Part shown: positions 1 to 9,125 of the stretch, piece by piece
Position numbering within the stretch: the stretch's first letter is position 1
Layout of the letters: every line of letters begins with the position of its first letter
Sequence record: MF459647.1
Strand: one strand, 5' to 3'
DNA: 64,000 bases
The notes under the pieces: generated by a model
Told to the model about the DNA's origin: nothing
The model's database searches: none
What the model saw: only the letters and a program-made list of their open reading frames with translations
Position numbers and translations under genes: made by a program

Positions 1-88
1 CTATTCGTGTGGGCGGTATAAAACGGCTGTCATACGATTGGTTGAAAGCGCTAATTTTTTTGATCAAAAAAATTATTTTGAGGTAATC

Positions 89-2230
89 ATGACAACTTTA
101 AGCCAAGTTGTACCTGGAAAGGTGAATAACCGGGGCGTGAACGATCGTTCAATTCCTGACTATTCTACCGACCCGGCTACAACCCCGCTTCACATGCCGG
201 TCATTCCGGTAGTGACGCCAAAGGGTGAATTTGGGACGCAGTGGATCAACACCGCTGACTTCCAAAATATTTACGGGAACATCTTCGACCACAAATCGCC
301 TTACTACAACCCTACCGCCGCGCTGATTCAGAACATGATCTCCGGTGGCCAGGCCAGTATCGGTGTCCGTCGTCTGTCAGTGAACAAACAGGTTGCGCGT
401 ATCGCGTTGTCCGCGTTTGTCACCAAGAAGAAAGTGACCAACTGGAAACGTAACTATAAAGGCATGTTCGAACTCGACAGCAATGGCGATAAAGTCAAAA
501 TTGGCGAGCTGGACGGTTTGGAAGTTTACGTGGGTGTGGACGCTGAAGCCGCAAGCAAAGAGCCAGGCGAACTGGCGATCCGTACTATTCCGGCTGCCGT
601 GGAAGGCGATAGCGATACCTACGTGTATCCGCTGTTTGAACTTCTGGCCGGCGTAGGCGACGTGTACAACCTGAACGGTGTACATCTGGGCGTGAAAGAT
701 TCTGCGCTGAACTGGAAAGGCATTGCTCAGTTCGTAGAAGCCACGGGTGTGTTCCCGTTCTTCATGCGTCAGTTCATCGACTCCGCTACCGGCGGTGCAC
801 GTAACTACGTGAAAGACAAAACCGGTAAAGACACCAGCCAGTTCACGCTGTTCGAAGTTGAGAACGATTCTGTCAAGTACAGTCTGCGTGAATGCATCGG
901 TGGTTACACCGGCGGTAACGTTAACCGTCCGACCACGCTGCGACCTGCGCCGTTTGGTGACGTGGTAACGTACAACGACAACATCGAAGAGCTGGCTCAG
1001 CTGATGTACGCCGTTGAGAAACCGAACAACACGGGTCTGGTCGACGGCTTCCAGCTGAACTACCGTCAGATGAACCCGTTCACCTGCACTAACCACCAGG
1101 GTGTGCCTTACTTTGCTATTCAGGGTAAAGGTATCTCCATGTGGGACATGTCCTACGCGATCAATGCGCAGTACGGCGTGTCTCCGTTCCTGGATAAAGA
1201 TGGTAAGCTGCCGAGCTATGCAACACCGGTAACTGTACGTGACCCGTTCAACGTACTGGGCAACGTTGAGTTCCCGCTGACCACCAAGCAGGGCTGGGAA
1301 ATCACCAACGGCCTGATGGAAGCTGATATCCAGGAGTTCGTCGACTCTCTCGAGCAGTCCAACTACGTGCGTAACCGTCAGTCCGTGTTCTGGGACGTCG
1401 GCTATACCTACGCGGTGAAAGAGAAGATGATGTCTATCCTGGGTGCACGTAAAGACGTCATGGTCTTTGCTTGTGCGACCATCTGGGAACCAGGCAAGAT
1501 GAACGACGTGGCTTCGGTATACGGTCGTCTGTCTCAGCTGACCGCTGCGCTGCGCATGTATCCGGAATCGGAATACTGGGGTACCCAGACCATGCGTGCG
1601 TCCGTGAACATCATCGAAGGTAAAATCATCGATGAAGCGACCGGTTGGTACTTCTCTGGTAACATCGATCTGGCCTACATGTTCGCCCGCTTTGCAGGTA
1701 ACGCAGCCGGTACTCTGTCTTCTGCCCGTTCTCCGGACCATGCTGACAACCGCCTGTTCACCACCATGCACAGCCCGAACATCGAATTCGAAGACGACGG
1801 TGTGTCTTCCGACAACTTCGACAACGGTGCGATCACCCTGCGTCCGTACGACATCTCTGGCGCGCTGTTCCGTCCGTGTCTCCCGACCGTGTACAAAGCC
1901 AGCATCGACTCTGTGCTCAAAGATGCGGTAACGGCCTTTGTGTGCGTGTGCCTGGAGAAGATTGGTCAGGACGAGTGGAACGTTGTGTGTGGTGACACCA
2001 CCATCACTTCGGAAAACTACGCGGCGCTGGTAAAAGACGGCATCGAGCGTAAATCTCGTGATCGTCTGGGTGGTATCGCGAAGTCTGTTCGCGTTGACGC
2101 TACCTACAACGAAAACCAGCCGGGTGGCCGTGCGGTGCTGAACACCGTGATTCATGCTTACTTCAACAAAGGTAAGTACATGATGAACCTGGATCTGTTC
2201 GCGTATAACGAACAGGACCTGGAAGCTTAA
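89..2230 (+). CDS. Contractile tail sheath protein (phiKZ gp29-like)
   Basis: 713 aa from the ATG at 89 (GAGG RBS upstream); strong high-expression codon bias; directly upstream of a ~300 aa tube-sized gene; size and position match the chimallivirus sheath-tube pair. Confidence 0.85.
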   Translation: MTTLSQVVPGKVNNRGVNDRSIPDYSTDPATTPLHMPVIPVVTPKGEFGTQWINTADFQNIYGNIFDHKSPYYNPTAALIQNMISGGQASIGVRRLSVNKQVARIALSAFVTKKKVTNWKRNYKGMFELDSNGDKVKIGELDGLEVYVGVDAEAASKEPGELAIRTIPAAVEGDSDTYVYPLFELLAGVGDVYNLNGVHLGVKDSALNWKGIAQFVEATGVFPFFMRQFIDSATGGARNYVKDKTGKDTSQFTLFEVENDSVKYSLRECIGGYTGGNVNRPTTLRPAPFGDVVTYNDNIEELAQLMYAVEKPNNTGLVDGFQLNYRQMNPFTCTNHQGVPYFAIQGKGISMWDMSYAINAQYGVSPFLDKDGKLPSYATPVTVRDPFNVLGNVEFPLTTKQGWEITNGLMEADIQEFVDSLEQSNYVRNRQSVFWDVGYTYAVKEKMMSILGARKDVMVFACATIWEPGKMNDVASVYGRLSQLTAALRMYPESEYWGTQTMRASVNIIEGKIIDEATGWYFSGNIDLAYMFARFAGNAAGTLSSARSPDHADNRLFTTMHSPNIEFEDDGVSSDNFDNGAITLRPYDISGALFRPCLPTVYKASIDSVLKDAVTAFVCVCLEKIGQDEWNVVCGDTTITSENYAALVKDGIERKSRDRLGGIAKSVRVDATYNENQPGGRAVLNTVIHAYFNKGKYMMNLDLFAYNEQDLEA

Positions 2231-2252
2231 TCCAACGATAAGGAAGAAGTAA

Positions 2253-3149
2253 ATGAGCACTAACTATCCTCATCGTGACTCGGAAACCACGTTATCCAAT
2301 TCCGATGCGTTTGTACAAGCGCTGGACCTGACCCGTCGTCCTGTGATTAACGCACAGAGCGGCGGGATGTACGGCTGGGCCGGTAACATTTTCGAATACG
2401 TTACCGCTCAACCGCACGTTCAGCAGCAGAGCTGGTGTATCATGCTTTCCACCCCGGCGTTCTTCAGTCGTCTGCCGGGCGGGACTGCACTGCACTCTCT
2501 GTGCAAATCGTTCTTTGAAAACCGTACCCAGAAATTCGAAGGTCTTTCTGACCGTACGGAAATCAACTTCGGTGAGATGAAGTGGACCGGTCACACTCTG
2601 TCCGTCCCGACGGGTGCTACCCGCACACTGGGTCAGATTAGCCACACGGCTTATGATACTGAAGGTGAACCGTTCACCAAGATGTTCAAAATCTGGTCTC
2701 AGTGGGGTCTGATGGATTCCGAGCTGATGAACGCCAAGCTGGTAACTCTCCCGGATCCGGGTGACATGCTGCTGGACGAAATCTCAGCGTCGGCGATTTA
2801 CTTCGAACCGACCAAGAACATGAAAGACATCGCGCACGCACAGCTGGCCGTCGGCATCATGCCACGTACTACTGTTCCGATCGAAATGCGTCGTGATAAA
2901 GATGAAGAAGGTCAGCTCCGTATTATCAATATGGAATTCACCGGCCTCATCGAGTCTGACACTCTGGCGGTTAAGAACATCGCGCGTGAAATGCTGAAAC
3001 TTCTGCCGCTGTACAACCCAGATGGTATCGCCGCGCCTGCAGGCTTCAAAGATCGCACCAGCACTCTGAAGTCCCTGAACAAGTCCGGCAACATCGAGCG
3101 TATGGCTCAGCAGTCGAAAACGGTAACCAATAGCCAGTACATGGGCTAA
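2253..3149 (+). CDS. Tail tube protein (phiKZ gp30-like)
   Basis: 298 aa immediately after the sheath, AGGAAG RBS, high-expression codons, followed by a terminator hairpin. Confidence 0.8.
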   Translation: MSTNYPHRDSETTLSNSDAFVQALDLTRRPVINAQSGGMYGWAGNIFEYVTAQPHVQQQSWCIMLSTPAFFSRLPGGTALHSLCKSFFENRTQKFEGLSDRTEINFGEMKWTGHTLSVPTGATRTLGQISHTAYDTEGEPFTKMFKIWSQWGLMDSELMNAKLVTLPDPGDMLLDEISASAIYFEPTKNMKDIAHAQLAVGIMPRTTVPIEMRRDKDEEGQLRIINMEFTGLIESDTLAVKNIAREMLKLLPLYNPDGIAAPAGFKDRTSTLKSLNKSGNIERMAQQSKTVTNSQYMG

Positions 3150-3167
3150 CGATTCCCGGTCATTCAC

Positions 3168-3198
3168 CCCTACTACTACCCGAGGGGTAGTAGTAGGG
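3168..3198 (+). terminator. Stem-loop terminator after the sheath-tube operon
   Basis: CCCTACTACTACCC-GAG-GGGTAGTAGTAGGG, 14-bp perfect stem. Confidence 0.75.
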
Positions 3199-3242
3199 TG
3201 TTTGATGCTATAGCCTTTTAATTTCACCAAAGGAGCCTCATT

Positions 3243-4088
3243 GTGAACTGCGTCGATTACGCTATTAACATGATTACCGGTTCCGATATCGATGAGTACT
3301 TATTGAAGTTGGCGTTTGAGAATCCCAATGCGAACTTTAATGGCAATTGGTACGGAATGTTGAGTAACACCACCGTCGAACAAGGCATACGCGAAAAGGT
3401 CATTCACCGCACGGTGTTGCCAGCATGTCAAGTGGGCGGGGGTAAAACCGAGTACGTTGATTTAACCGGAGCACGTATTCGTGACCTGGGCAATGGGTAC
3501 GTTGAAGTTAACGTGCCGGACAGTTTAACCGGGGGTCGCAAGATCATCACGGTGGAAGAGATTTATCTGGGGAGCATGTCGTCTGCGGCCGGTATGTTGT
3601 CCATGGGGATAAACGAAAACACCATGTGTGGTCAAGGTAGCCTGAATGACATGATGCAGGGTCTGGTCGATAACTTGTCCAGTAACCGTACCATGCCACC
3701 TACCTACAGCAACGTCCACATGACGGGCAACAACAGCTTCGTGATTGTGGGGATGAACTCTGGAACGTTTTCAATGACAGCGAAGTGCCTGCTGGAGTTT
3801 GATGACGGCATGACCAGCATTCACCCGAAAGCGTACGACACGTTTGCTGACCTCTGCCTGCTGGCAACCAAAGCCTATATCTACCGTACCTGTCGTCGTC
3901 CGACACAAGAAGCGGTGATTCGTGCTGGGGTAGCGCTGGAAAGTATCCGTGACGATATTGACGAATACCGGGATGCCTGGAAAGACTACCGTGAGTTCTT
4001 CGATACCACCTGGAAGAAAACCATGGCATACAGCGATCGTCAAGGCATGTATAACCGCATTGCCATGATGACTCCAACGCGTATGTAA
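3243..4088 (+). CDS. Conserved virion-type protein, possibly a neck/head-tail adaptor
   Basis: GTG start with GGAG RBS, 281 aa; the C-terminal helix pattern (IRAGVALESIRDDIDEY) is loosely reminiscent of T4 gp13-type adaptors; function is inference. Confidence 0.5.
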   Translation: MNCVDYAINMITGSDIDEYLLKLAFENPNANFNGNWYGMLSNTTVEQGIREKVIHRTVLPACQVGGGKTEYVDLTGARIRDLGNGYVEVNVPDSLTGGRKIITVEEIYLGSMSSAAGMLSMGINENTMCGQGSLNDMMQGLVDNLSSNRTMPPTYSNVHMTGNNSFVIVGMNSGTFSMTAKCLLEFDDGMTSIHPKAYDTFADLCLLATKAYIYRTCRRPTQEAVIRAGVALESIRDDIDEYRDAWKDYREFFDTTWKKTMAYSDRQGMYNRIAMMTPTRM

Positions 4089-4098
4089 AGGAGTTGAC

Positions 4099-5433
4099 AT
4101 GAGCCGTATTTTTGACGCTCAAACGTTCATGTTTGAAGAAGCCCAAAGCATGCAAACGTTTTGGGAAGTGGCGGGGTTAGAAGACCTCATCAGCAGCGTG
4201 GACTGGGGACGTAATGATTCCATCCTGCAGGTGTGTGATTACTTCGGCAAATACTTGGACGTGACTCCGAAGTGGGCGTTAGCGCTACAGCGTTACGTCT
4301 ACAACTTCACCACCCGGAAAGTGGGTACCGTGGACTACATGGAGTTCTTTGGGTCGCCGTACCTGGGTCTGCAAAAGATCACCTTTACCAGTGCAGACCG
4401 TAACCAGTGGTTCAGTGAAATCTTCGACGTAGATGAAGAAGAGCTCAAAGAGAACCTGCACGCGGTGCGGTCGATTAAAACCACCTGGGCAGTTGTGGGA
4501 GATGTCTTTAACCTGACTATCCCATATCTGGTGTACCGTGTATTCCATTCGAAGCTGGATGCTCGGACGAAACACCAGGCCATGGTGGATTTGATTAGCA
4601 TGTACCACTACAAGTGCCTGACGAGTATCGTGAACAACGACTACCCGTACATGGCGAAACGGGAAGTGGTGCTGGAAACCTATAACCGCCTGAGCCTGAA
4701 GTACGACATCAAACGCTACGGTAGCTGGCGTGAACTGATTCGTGCCCGTGCTGAATTTATCCTGGACCCCAAAACCGGGATTCACTTTAACACCTTCACC
4801 AAAATGAACGATGACAAAAAGATCATCTACATGGTGGGGGATATTCAGGACCGTCTGCGTGGTGTAGTAAATGACATCAACAAAGTGTTCCATGATGTCA
4901 AGAACAAAATCAACATCGTGTCGTTAGACGGTAACCGTGTAAAGTTGGAAGACGGGGTGGTCTTAAAGAACGTGGCCAAAGAAGTCACGCAATTTAAAAA
5001 CTACATCGAACAGATTCTCACCGGGCAATCTTCTTTCTACAAAGAAGAGCTGTTGCAGTATGCGGTAAAAGATTTGGATAACGCACCGGTGGATAAACTG
5101 GGGTATGTGATTCAAAACTTCCCGGCGCTGTACAACAGCAAGAAAGGCGAACACTGGCGTGATTTCATTAACGAGATCATAGTCCACCTGTTCGAGTACC
5201 TCCATCAGCATGACATCAGTAAAACCAACATGTACGGTGTGCTGGTAAAAATGCGTGGGGCGTACAACAGTCCCCGCAGTCAAAATGACAGCGTGAAGAA
5301 ATTGCGTAAAGTGGGGGATGATTTAATCCGGGAACAGACCGGTATTAAAACGCCTTCAACGATTACGGGTTTGCGGACAGCGTTTTTATTATACGTTGTG
5401 CTGCGTGTATTAAGCAAAGACTATTACCAATAG
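4099..5433 (+). CDS. Conserved hypothetical chimallivirus protein
   Basis: 444 aa ORF, AAGGAG RBS, typical coding composition; no motif recognised. Confidence 0.7.
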   Translation: MSRIFDAQTFMFEEAQSMQTFWEVAGLEDLISSVDWGRNDSILQVCDYFGKYLDVTPKWALALQRYVYNFTTRKVGTVDYMEFFGSPYLGLQKITFTSADRNQWFSEIFDVDEEELKENLHAVRSIKTTWAVVGDVFNLTIPYLVYRVFHSKLDARTKHQAMVDLISMYHYKCLTSIVNNDYPYMAKREVVLETYNRLSLKYDIKRYGSWRELIRARAEFILDPKTGIHFNTFTKMNDDKKIIYMVGDIQDRLRGVVNDINKVFHDVKNKINIVSLDGNRVKLEDGVVLKNVAKEVTQFKNYIEQILTGQSSFYKEELLQYAVKDLDNAPVDKLGYVIQNFPALYNSKKGEHWRDFINEIIVHLFEYLHQHDISKTNMYGVLVKMRGAYNSPRSQNDSVKKLRKVGDDLIREQTGIKTPSTITGLRTAFLLYVVLRVLSKDYYQ

Positions 5434-5443
5434 GGTTAAAAAC

Positions 5444-6508
5444 ATGGAACTGGGTGAAGAAGAGTTGGGTGGTGGGATTCCGGACGTTGAGCACGTCGAT
5501 ACGGTCATGGATGGGATTATCGATACGGTAACGGGGACCGAGGGGTTAACCCATGCTCAACGTTATTTGGCGGGTGCGTTGTATGCCAGTGGTGCGGTGT
5601 CTTATTCACAGTACCACGGCAGTGAAGGGGTAATGGATACCATTAAAGGCGGCCTGAAGAAAGCCTGGGATTACGTTGTCAAAATGTTTAAACAGATCTG
5701 GGGCTTCTTCTTTAAATCTAAAGGTAAGCAGGAAGCAGCCGAAGCCAAAGCAGCGGTTAAGCAGCTGGAAGAGTTTAACAACCTGCGTCCTGTGAAATCC
5801 GAAGATCGCCGTCGCGTCGTTACCGAAATGGTGCGGGCGGGTGCAAAAATGGCACACATGGATTTGGATAAAACCGATCCCCGTGCAAAACGAGCCATGA
5901 TGCAACATCTCGAAGCGATGAAAGAGAAAAGCAAAGAGATGCAGCACTTGACGCCGGCTGAAAGCAGCAAAGAAGCAGCTATCGTGGCGGACGTTAAAAA
6001 GGACTTCCAGGAAATCTGTGCTGAGCACGCCAGCGTGAATCTGGACAACCTGGCGGATAAAGTGGTAACAATGCTTGAAACTGTTTACCACGCCAATGAA
6101 AAGTTAGATCACCTGAAGCAAGACGCCAAAGAAGATTTAGGGATAACTTGGCTGAAAGGGATATCGCGACACACGGATAAGTTCATCAGCGAGATGCGAA
6201 CCTTTTCAACGGTGCTGCGTGATTTTCGTTCAACGGAACACTCTAGCGCATTTGCTGGAAAGCTAAGAGGTTACATAACCTCTATCGAAACCATGATGGA
6301 TAACTGCATTAAAACGGAAACTTCAGTCCGTACAGTAATGCAGAGAGTTGAAAAAGAGTTAGCGGCTAACCCTAACGACGGTACCAACATCAGAAGTTTG
6401 GAACATCTCAAACTTGGGTTAAGCTTGTCGGCGAAAGTTGCGGAAACCATTAGTTGGCTACTGCGCACCACTACCACTCTTTGCAGACATTATTCCGTAA
6501 AAGCATAA
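5444..6508 (+). CDS. Proteolytically processed head/ejection protein, paralog of 7813-8727
   Basis: Acidic propeptide with GTE and GSE motifs followed by GVMDTIKGGLKKAWDYV; the N-terminal ~90 aa clearly align with the 7813-8727 protein. Confidence 0.7.
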   Translation: MELGEEELGGGIPDVEHVDTVMDGIIDTVTGTEGLTHAQRYLAGALYASGAVSYSQYHGSEGVMDTIKGGLKKAWDYVVKMFKQIWGFFFKSKGKQEAAEAKAAVKQLEEFNNLRPVKSEDRRRVVTEMVRAGAKMAHMDLDKTDPRAKRAMMQHLEAMKEKSKEMQHLTPAESSKEAAIVADVKKDFQEICAEHASVNLDNLADKVVTMLETVYHANEKLDHLKQDAKEDLGITWLKGISRHTDKFISEMRTFSTVLRDFRSTEHSSAFAGKLRGYITSIETMMDNCIKTETSVRTVMQRVEKELAANPNDGTNIRSLEHLKLGLSLSAKVAETISWLLRTTTTLCRHYSVKA

Positions 6509-6531
6509 TAAGTCCTCCACTAGTAAATTAC

Positions 6532-6559
6532 CAGGAGCTCTATGCATTGTGAGCTCCTG
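6532..6559 (+). terminator. Intrinsic terminator
   Basis: CAGGAGCTC-10 nt-GAGCTCCTG followed by TTTTACTTTTT. Confidence 0.8.
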
Positions 6560-6587
6560 TTTTACTTTTTCGTCCTAAGGAATAAAA

Positions 6588-7313
6588 ATGCCGTACATCG
6601 TTATTGAGGGGGTGGACTTTAGCGGTAAGTCTACACTGGCCTCAGCTTTAAAAACACAGCTAAAACTCCAATACGGTGTGGAGTCGGTAATCGTTGAAGA
6701 GCCGTCTACCCACAACGATCGTTGTAAAGCCATTCGTCATGAAGTGACCACCAATCCGGAACTGACCAACGAAGAGCGCGCCGTGTTGTTCCTCGAGCAG
6801 CGCCAGCTGGTTATGCAGGATTTGGTACTGCCTGCGCTGAAAGCCGGTAAACTAGTTATCGGTAGCCGTTCATTCATCAGCACCATGGTATACCAGACCC
6901 CAGAAAACGGTTTCGGTATGCACGGTGTACTGAATGCCAATTTAGACGGCCTGGAAGCCTTTGGAGACGACGCAATTCCTGACCTGGGGATTCTGTGCGA
7001 AATTACGCACGACACGTTCCTGAAGCGTTGTACGGGTCGTAATGGGTATATGGATGAACTCGAGATGCCGTTACTGGATCCAGTGAAGTTCGCCACCCGC
7101 TGTGAGAAATATCTCAAGGCCATGGTATATACCAAAACCGCGCTGAAGAAATTCGACAGTGCGATGTATAGCGGTGACCTGGACATGCTGTTGACAGACC
7201 TGGCCCGTAAATTCAAATATGAGAAACTGCCTGAAGAAGGCGAAGTCTCTTCTCTTATTCCACCTCCGGCCGAACCCGAAGTAAAAGGGGTTGCCTCTTA
7301 CCTGGTACCGTAA
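6588..7313 (+). CDS. tmk: Thymidylate (dTMP) kinase
   Basis: IEGVDFSGKST P-loop, EEPS, RSFISTMVYQ and PDLGIL motifs typical of TMK. Confidence 0.9.
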   Translation: MPYIVIEGVDFSGKSTLASALKTQLKLQYGVESVIVEEPSTHNDRCKAIRHEVTTNPELTNEERAVLFLEQRQLVMQDLVLPALKAGKLVIGSRSFISTMVYQTPENGFGMHGVLNANLDGLEAFGDDAIPDLGILCEITHDTFLKRCTGRNGYMDELEMPLLDPVKFATRCEKYLKAMVYTKTALKKFDSAMYSGDLDMLLTDLARKFKYEKLPEEGEVSSLIPPPAEPEVKGVASYLVP

Positions 7314-7315
7314 AC

Positions 7316-7687
7316 ATGGAAAAAGCACAAAACATCGAAAAGGGTCTTTCCTTTGGGCAAGTCATTGAACGCATGAAGCGTTTTAAAGGCGAAGCAGCAC
7401 TGCGCGCTTGGGGCGACAAAAAGGAATGTGTCTTCCTGGTCACTCATCATGATCTCTGCACGAAACTGGGCTACGGCTACGGTGAAGTTCCCGGGACGGC
7501 TTCTTTTGGGGATGCTTTGTGCAAATACCATGAAAGCGGTGAACTGGAAATGGGTTGGCGTCCGAGCTATGCTGAGATGGCGTCTAACGACTGGCAGTTT
7601 GTGAATTGCGGGGAACGCGATGACATCTATCGTAAATCCAACGACGCTGGCGAAGCTGGGAAAAGTCGTGACGGCTTTGCCGCCTGA
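7316..7687 (+). CDS. tad2: DUF2829 / Tad2-like anti-defence (immune signal sponge) protein
   Basis: N-terminal LSFGQVIERMK..ALRAW and C-terminal GWRPSYAEMASNDW match the DUF2829/Tad2 signature (F.eAl..lk....R.gW ... W.Ps..DmlA.DW). Confidence 0.7.
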   Translation: MEKAQNIEKGLSFGQVIERMKRFKGEAALRAWGDKKECVFLVTHHDLCTKLGYGYGEVPGTASFGDALCKYHESGELEMGWRPSYAEMASNDWQFVNCGERDDIYRKSNDAGEAGKSRDGFAA

Positions 7688-7775
7688 AAGACCGGCTCCG
7701 TGCAGTACGGGTGCGAGTCTGATTAAAAAGGCTAATCCACCCAAACAGTTTAATTTCGATATTAAACCCAAATAA
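7620..7775 (+). CDS. Possible 51-aa small protein overlapping the Tad2-like 3' end
   Basis: ATG at 7620 preceded by GGGGA; MTSIVNPTTLAKLGKVVTALPPERP...FDIKPK stops just before the terminator; below the ORF-track length cutoff. Confidence 0.3.
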   Translation: MTSIVNPTTLAKLGKVVTALPPERPAPCSTGASLIKKANPPKQFNFDIKPK

Positions 7776-7779
7776 TAAA

Positions 7780-7807
7780 TACTCTCTCAGCCTAGGCTGA
7801 GAGAGTA
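7780..7807. terminator. Bidirectional terminator / perfect 28-bp palindrome
   Basis: TACTCTCTCAGCCT|AGGCTGAGAGAGTA between convergent genes. Confidence 0.8.
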
Positions 7808-7812
7808 TAACG

Positions 7813-8727
7813 TTATGCGTGGAATTTGTTGTACAGCTGATGGAACAAATTAACCTGCTTATTAAAGATGTTGTATTCAAACGTAGCGTACGCAATCTTT
7901 TTACGGGCCAAATCAGCATATTCCTTCATGCGTTCGCGATAATTCTCCGTCAAGTCAGATTGCTTTAACACGGCCTCTATATCACTAAGGTTGCGTTTCT
8001 GATCGTCAATGACCTTTTGAACGTTTTTCTCATATTCAGAAAGATCTTTCTGTGTGACATGATTAAGTTTGTTTAAGAAGGTTGCGATGCCGGCGTGATG
8101 GAAAATATGCGGCAGGTTCTTTTTAAGCTCTGGAAGAGCATGTTCTAAACGGGTTTGAAGATGAGCAAGCGGTGAAATATACTTGATGTCGTTTTTCTTC
8201 ATGTACTCCGTGTAGGACGTATTCAACTCTTCCAGCTTATTAAGCCAATCTTCAATTTGGTTCTGTTCGCCACGGTAAATTGCAGTACGGCGTTTACTGC
8301 CGTCTTTCTTTACGATTAACACTTCTTTTTCTTGCGCAGCAGCTTCCTGTTCTTTCTTAAGCTCAGGGTCTTTTGCAATGATGTCATCTGATTGCTTAAC
8401 TTCCTCAGTGACCTCCTTAGCTCGCTCTTCCGTCTTCGCACCTTTCTTACCGGTGAAGACTTCTTTCAGCTTAGTCCACAGCGCTTCCATGGCTGTTTTG
8501 ATCGCCTGGTAGACTTTCTGTGCACCTGACTTGATTGTATCAAGCACACCCTCATTACCGTGGTAGTTGGAAATCGTTCCGCCGTAGGACTGCACAACAG
8601 ACTGCAGGTACTGCTGAGCGTACGTTAAGGAGTAACGCTCGGTACCGTCCACCGTATCAATAATGCCGGTGAGTAGGGTCTCAGCGTGGTCGCTGTCCAT
8701 TTCTTCGTAAACACCATCGAGTTGCAT
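7813..8727 (-). CDS. Proteolytically processed head/ejection protein, paralog of 5444-6508
   Basis: GIIDTVDGTE...YHGNEGVLDTIKSG aligns with GIIDTVTGTE...YHGSEGVMDTIKGG; late-type TATG on the minus strand at 8751-8754. Confidence 0.7.
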   Translation of the reverse strand: MQLDGVYEEMDSDHAETLLTGIIDTVDGTERYSLTYAQQYLQSVVQSYGGTISNYHGNEGVLDTIKSGAQKVYQAIKTAMEALWTKLKEVFTGKKGAKTEERAKEVTEEVKQSDDIIAKDPELKKEQEAAAQEKEVLIVKKDGSKRRTAIYRGEQNQIEDWLNKLEELNTSYTEYMKKNDIKYISPLAHLQTRLEHALPELKKNLPHIFHHAGIATFLNKLNHVTQKDLSEYEKNVQKVIDDQKRNLSDIEAVLKQSDLTENYRERMKEYADLARKKIAYATFEYNIFNKQVNLFHQLYNKFHA

Positions 8728-8774
8728 GATTTTATCCTGTTAGTTTAGTTCATAAAATTTCGCGCATATCTCCC

Positions 8775-8805
8775 CCTCCTTGCCCCGTCTTAGGGGGCAA
8801 GGAGG
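8775..8805. terminator. GC-rich stem-loop in a divergent intergenic region
   Basis: CCTCCTTGCCCC-loop-GGGGCAAGGAGG, 12-bp stem; no clear U-tract. Confidence 0.5.
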
Positions 8806-9044
8806 TATTACAGTATGGGAGGGACGAGCGAGGAATTACTAAACTGTAATAGGTATAAAACCCAGTTAGTTATTTTTAGCAACTATAAGGTTATCTACTC
8901 TGTAGGCTCTTAACCATTAACTAAAGGTTTAACGTTAAGGCGGTTCAGTTCTTGCAGATTAAGTAATTTTCTACTACGTGGTAATATACATATACCGGCT
9001 GTAATGATTTACCACTATAGCCATATTATATTTTTATTTTCTAT

Positions 9045-9075
9045 AAGTTTTCAAACCTGTACTATTAGGGTGAAT
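9045..9075 (+). promoter_or_regulatory. Phage early-type (virion RNAP) promoter
   Basis: AAGTTTTCAAACCTGTACTATTAGGGTGAAT; same motif family as at 12261, 14319, 21702, 31303 and 36232. Confidence 0.7.
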
Positions 9076-9125
9076 CTGAATCCCATATTTAGGTTCGTAA
9101 CTTAACTTTGAATAGGACTGAGAAA

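Noticed and set aside
377-2260. Long antisense ORFs (377-2260, 22311-23591, 34421-35647, 14398-15225, 46161-46916 and similar)
   Set aside because: Shadow frames opposite strongly codon-biased genes; no RBS, no recognisable motifs, V/H/R-rich composition typical of antisense frames
7685-7726. TGA readthrough of the Tad2-like gene adding KTGSVQYGCESD
   Set aside because: No readthrough context or supporting signal; a short open extension is expected by chance
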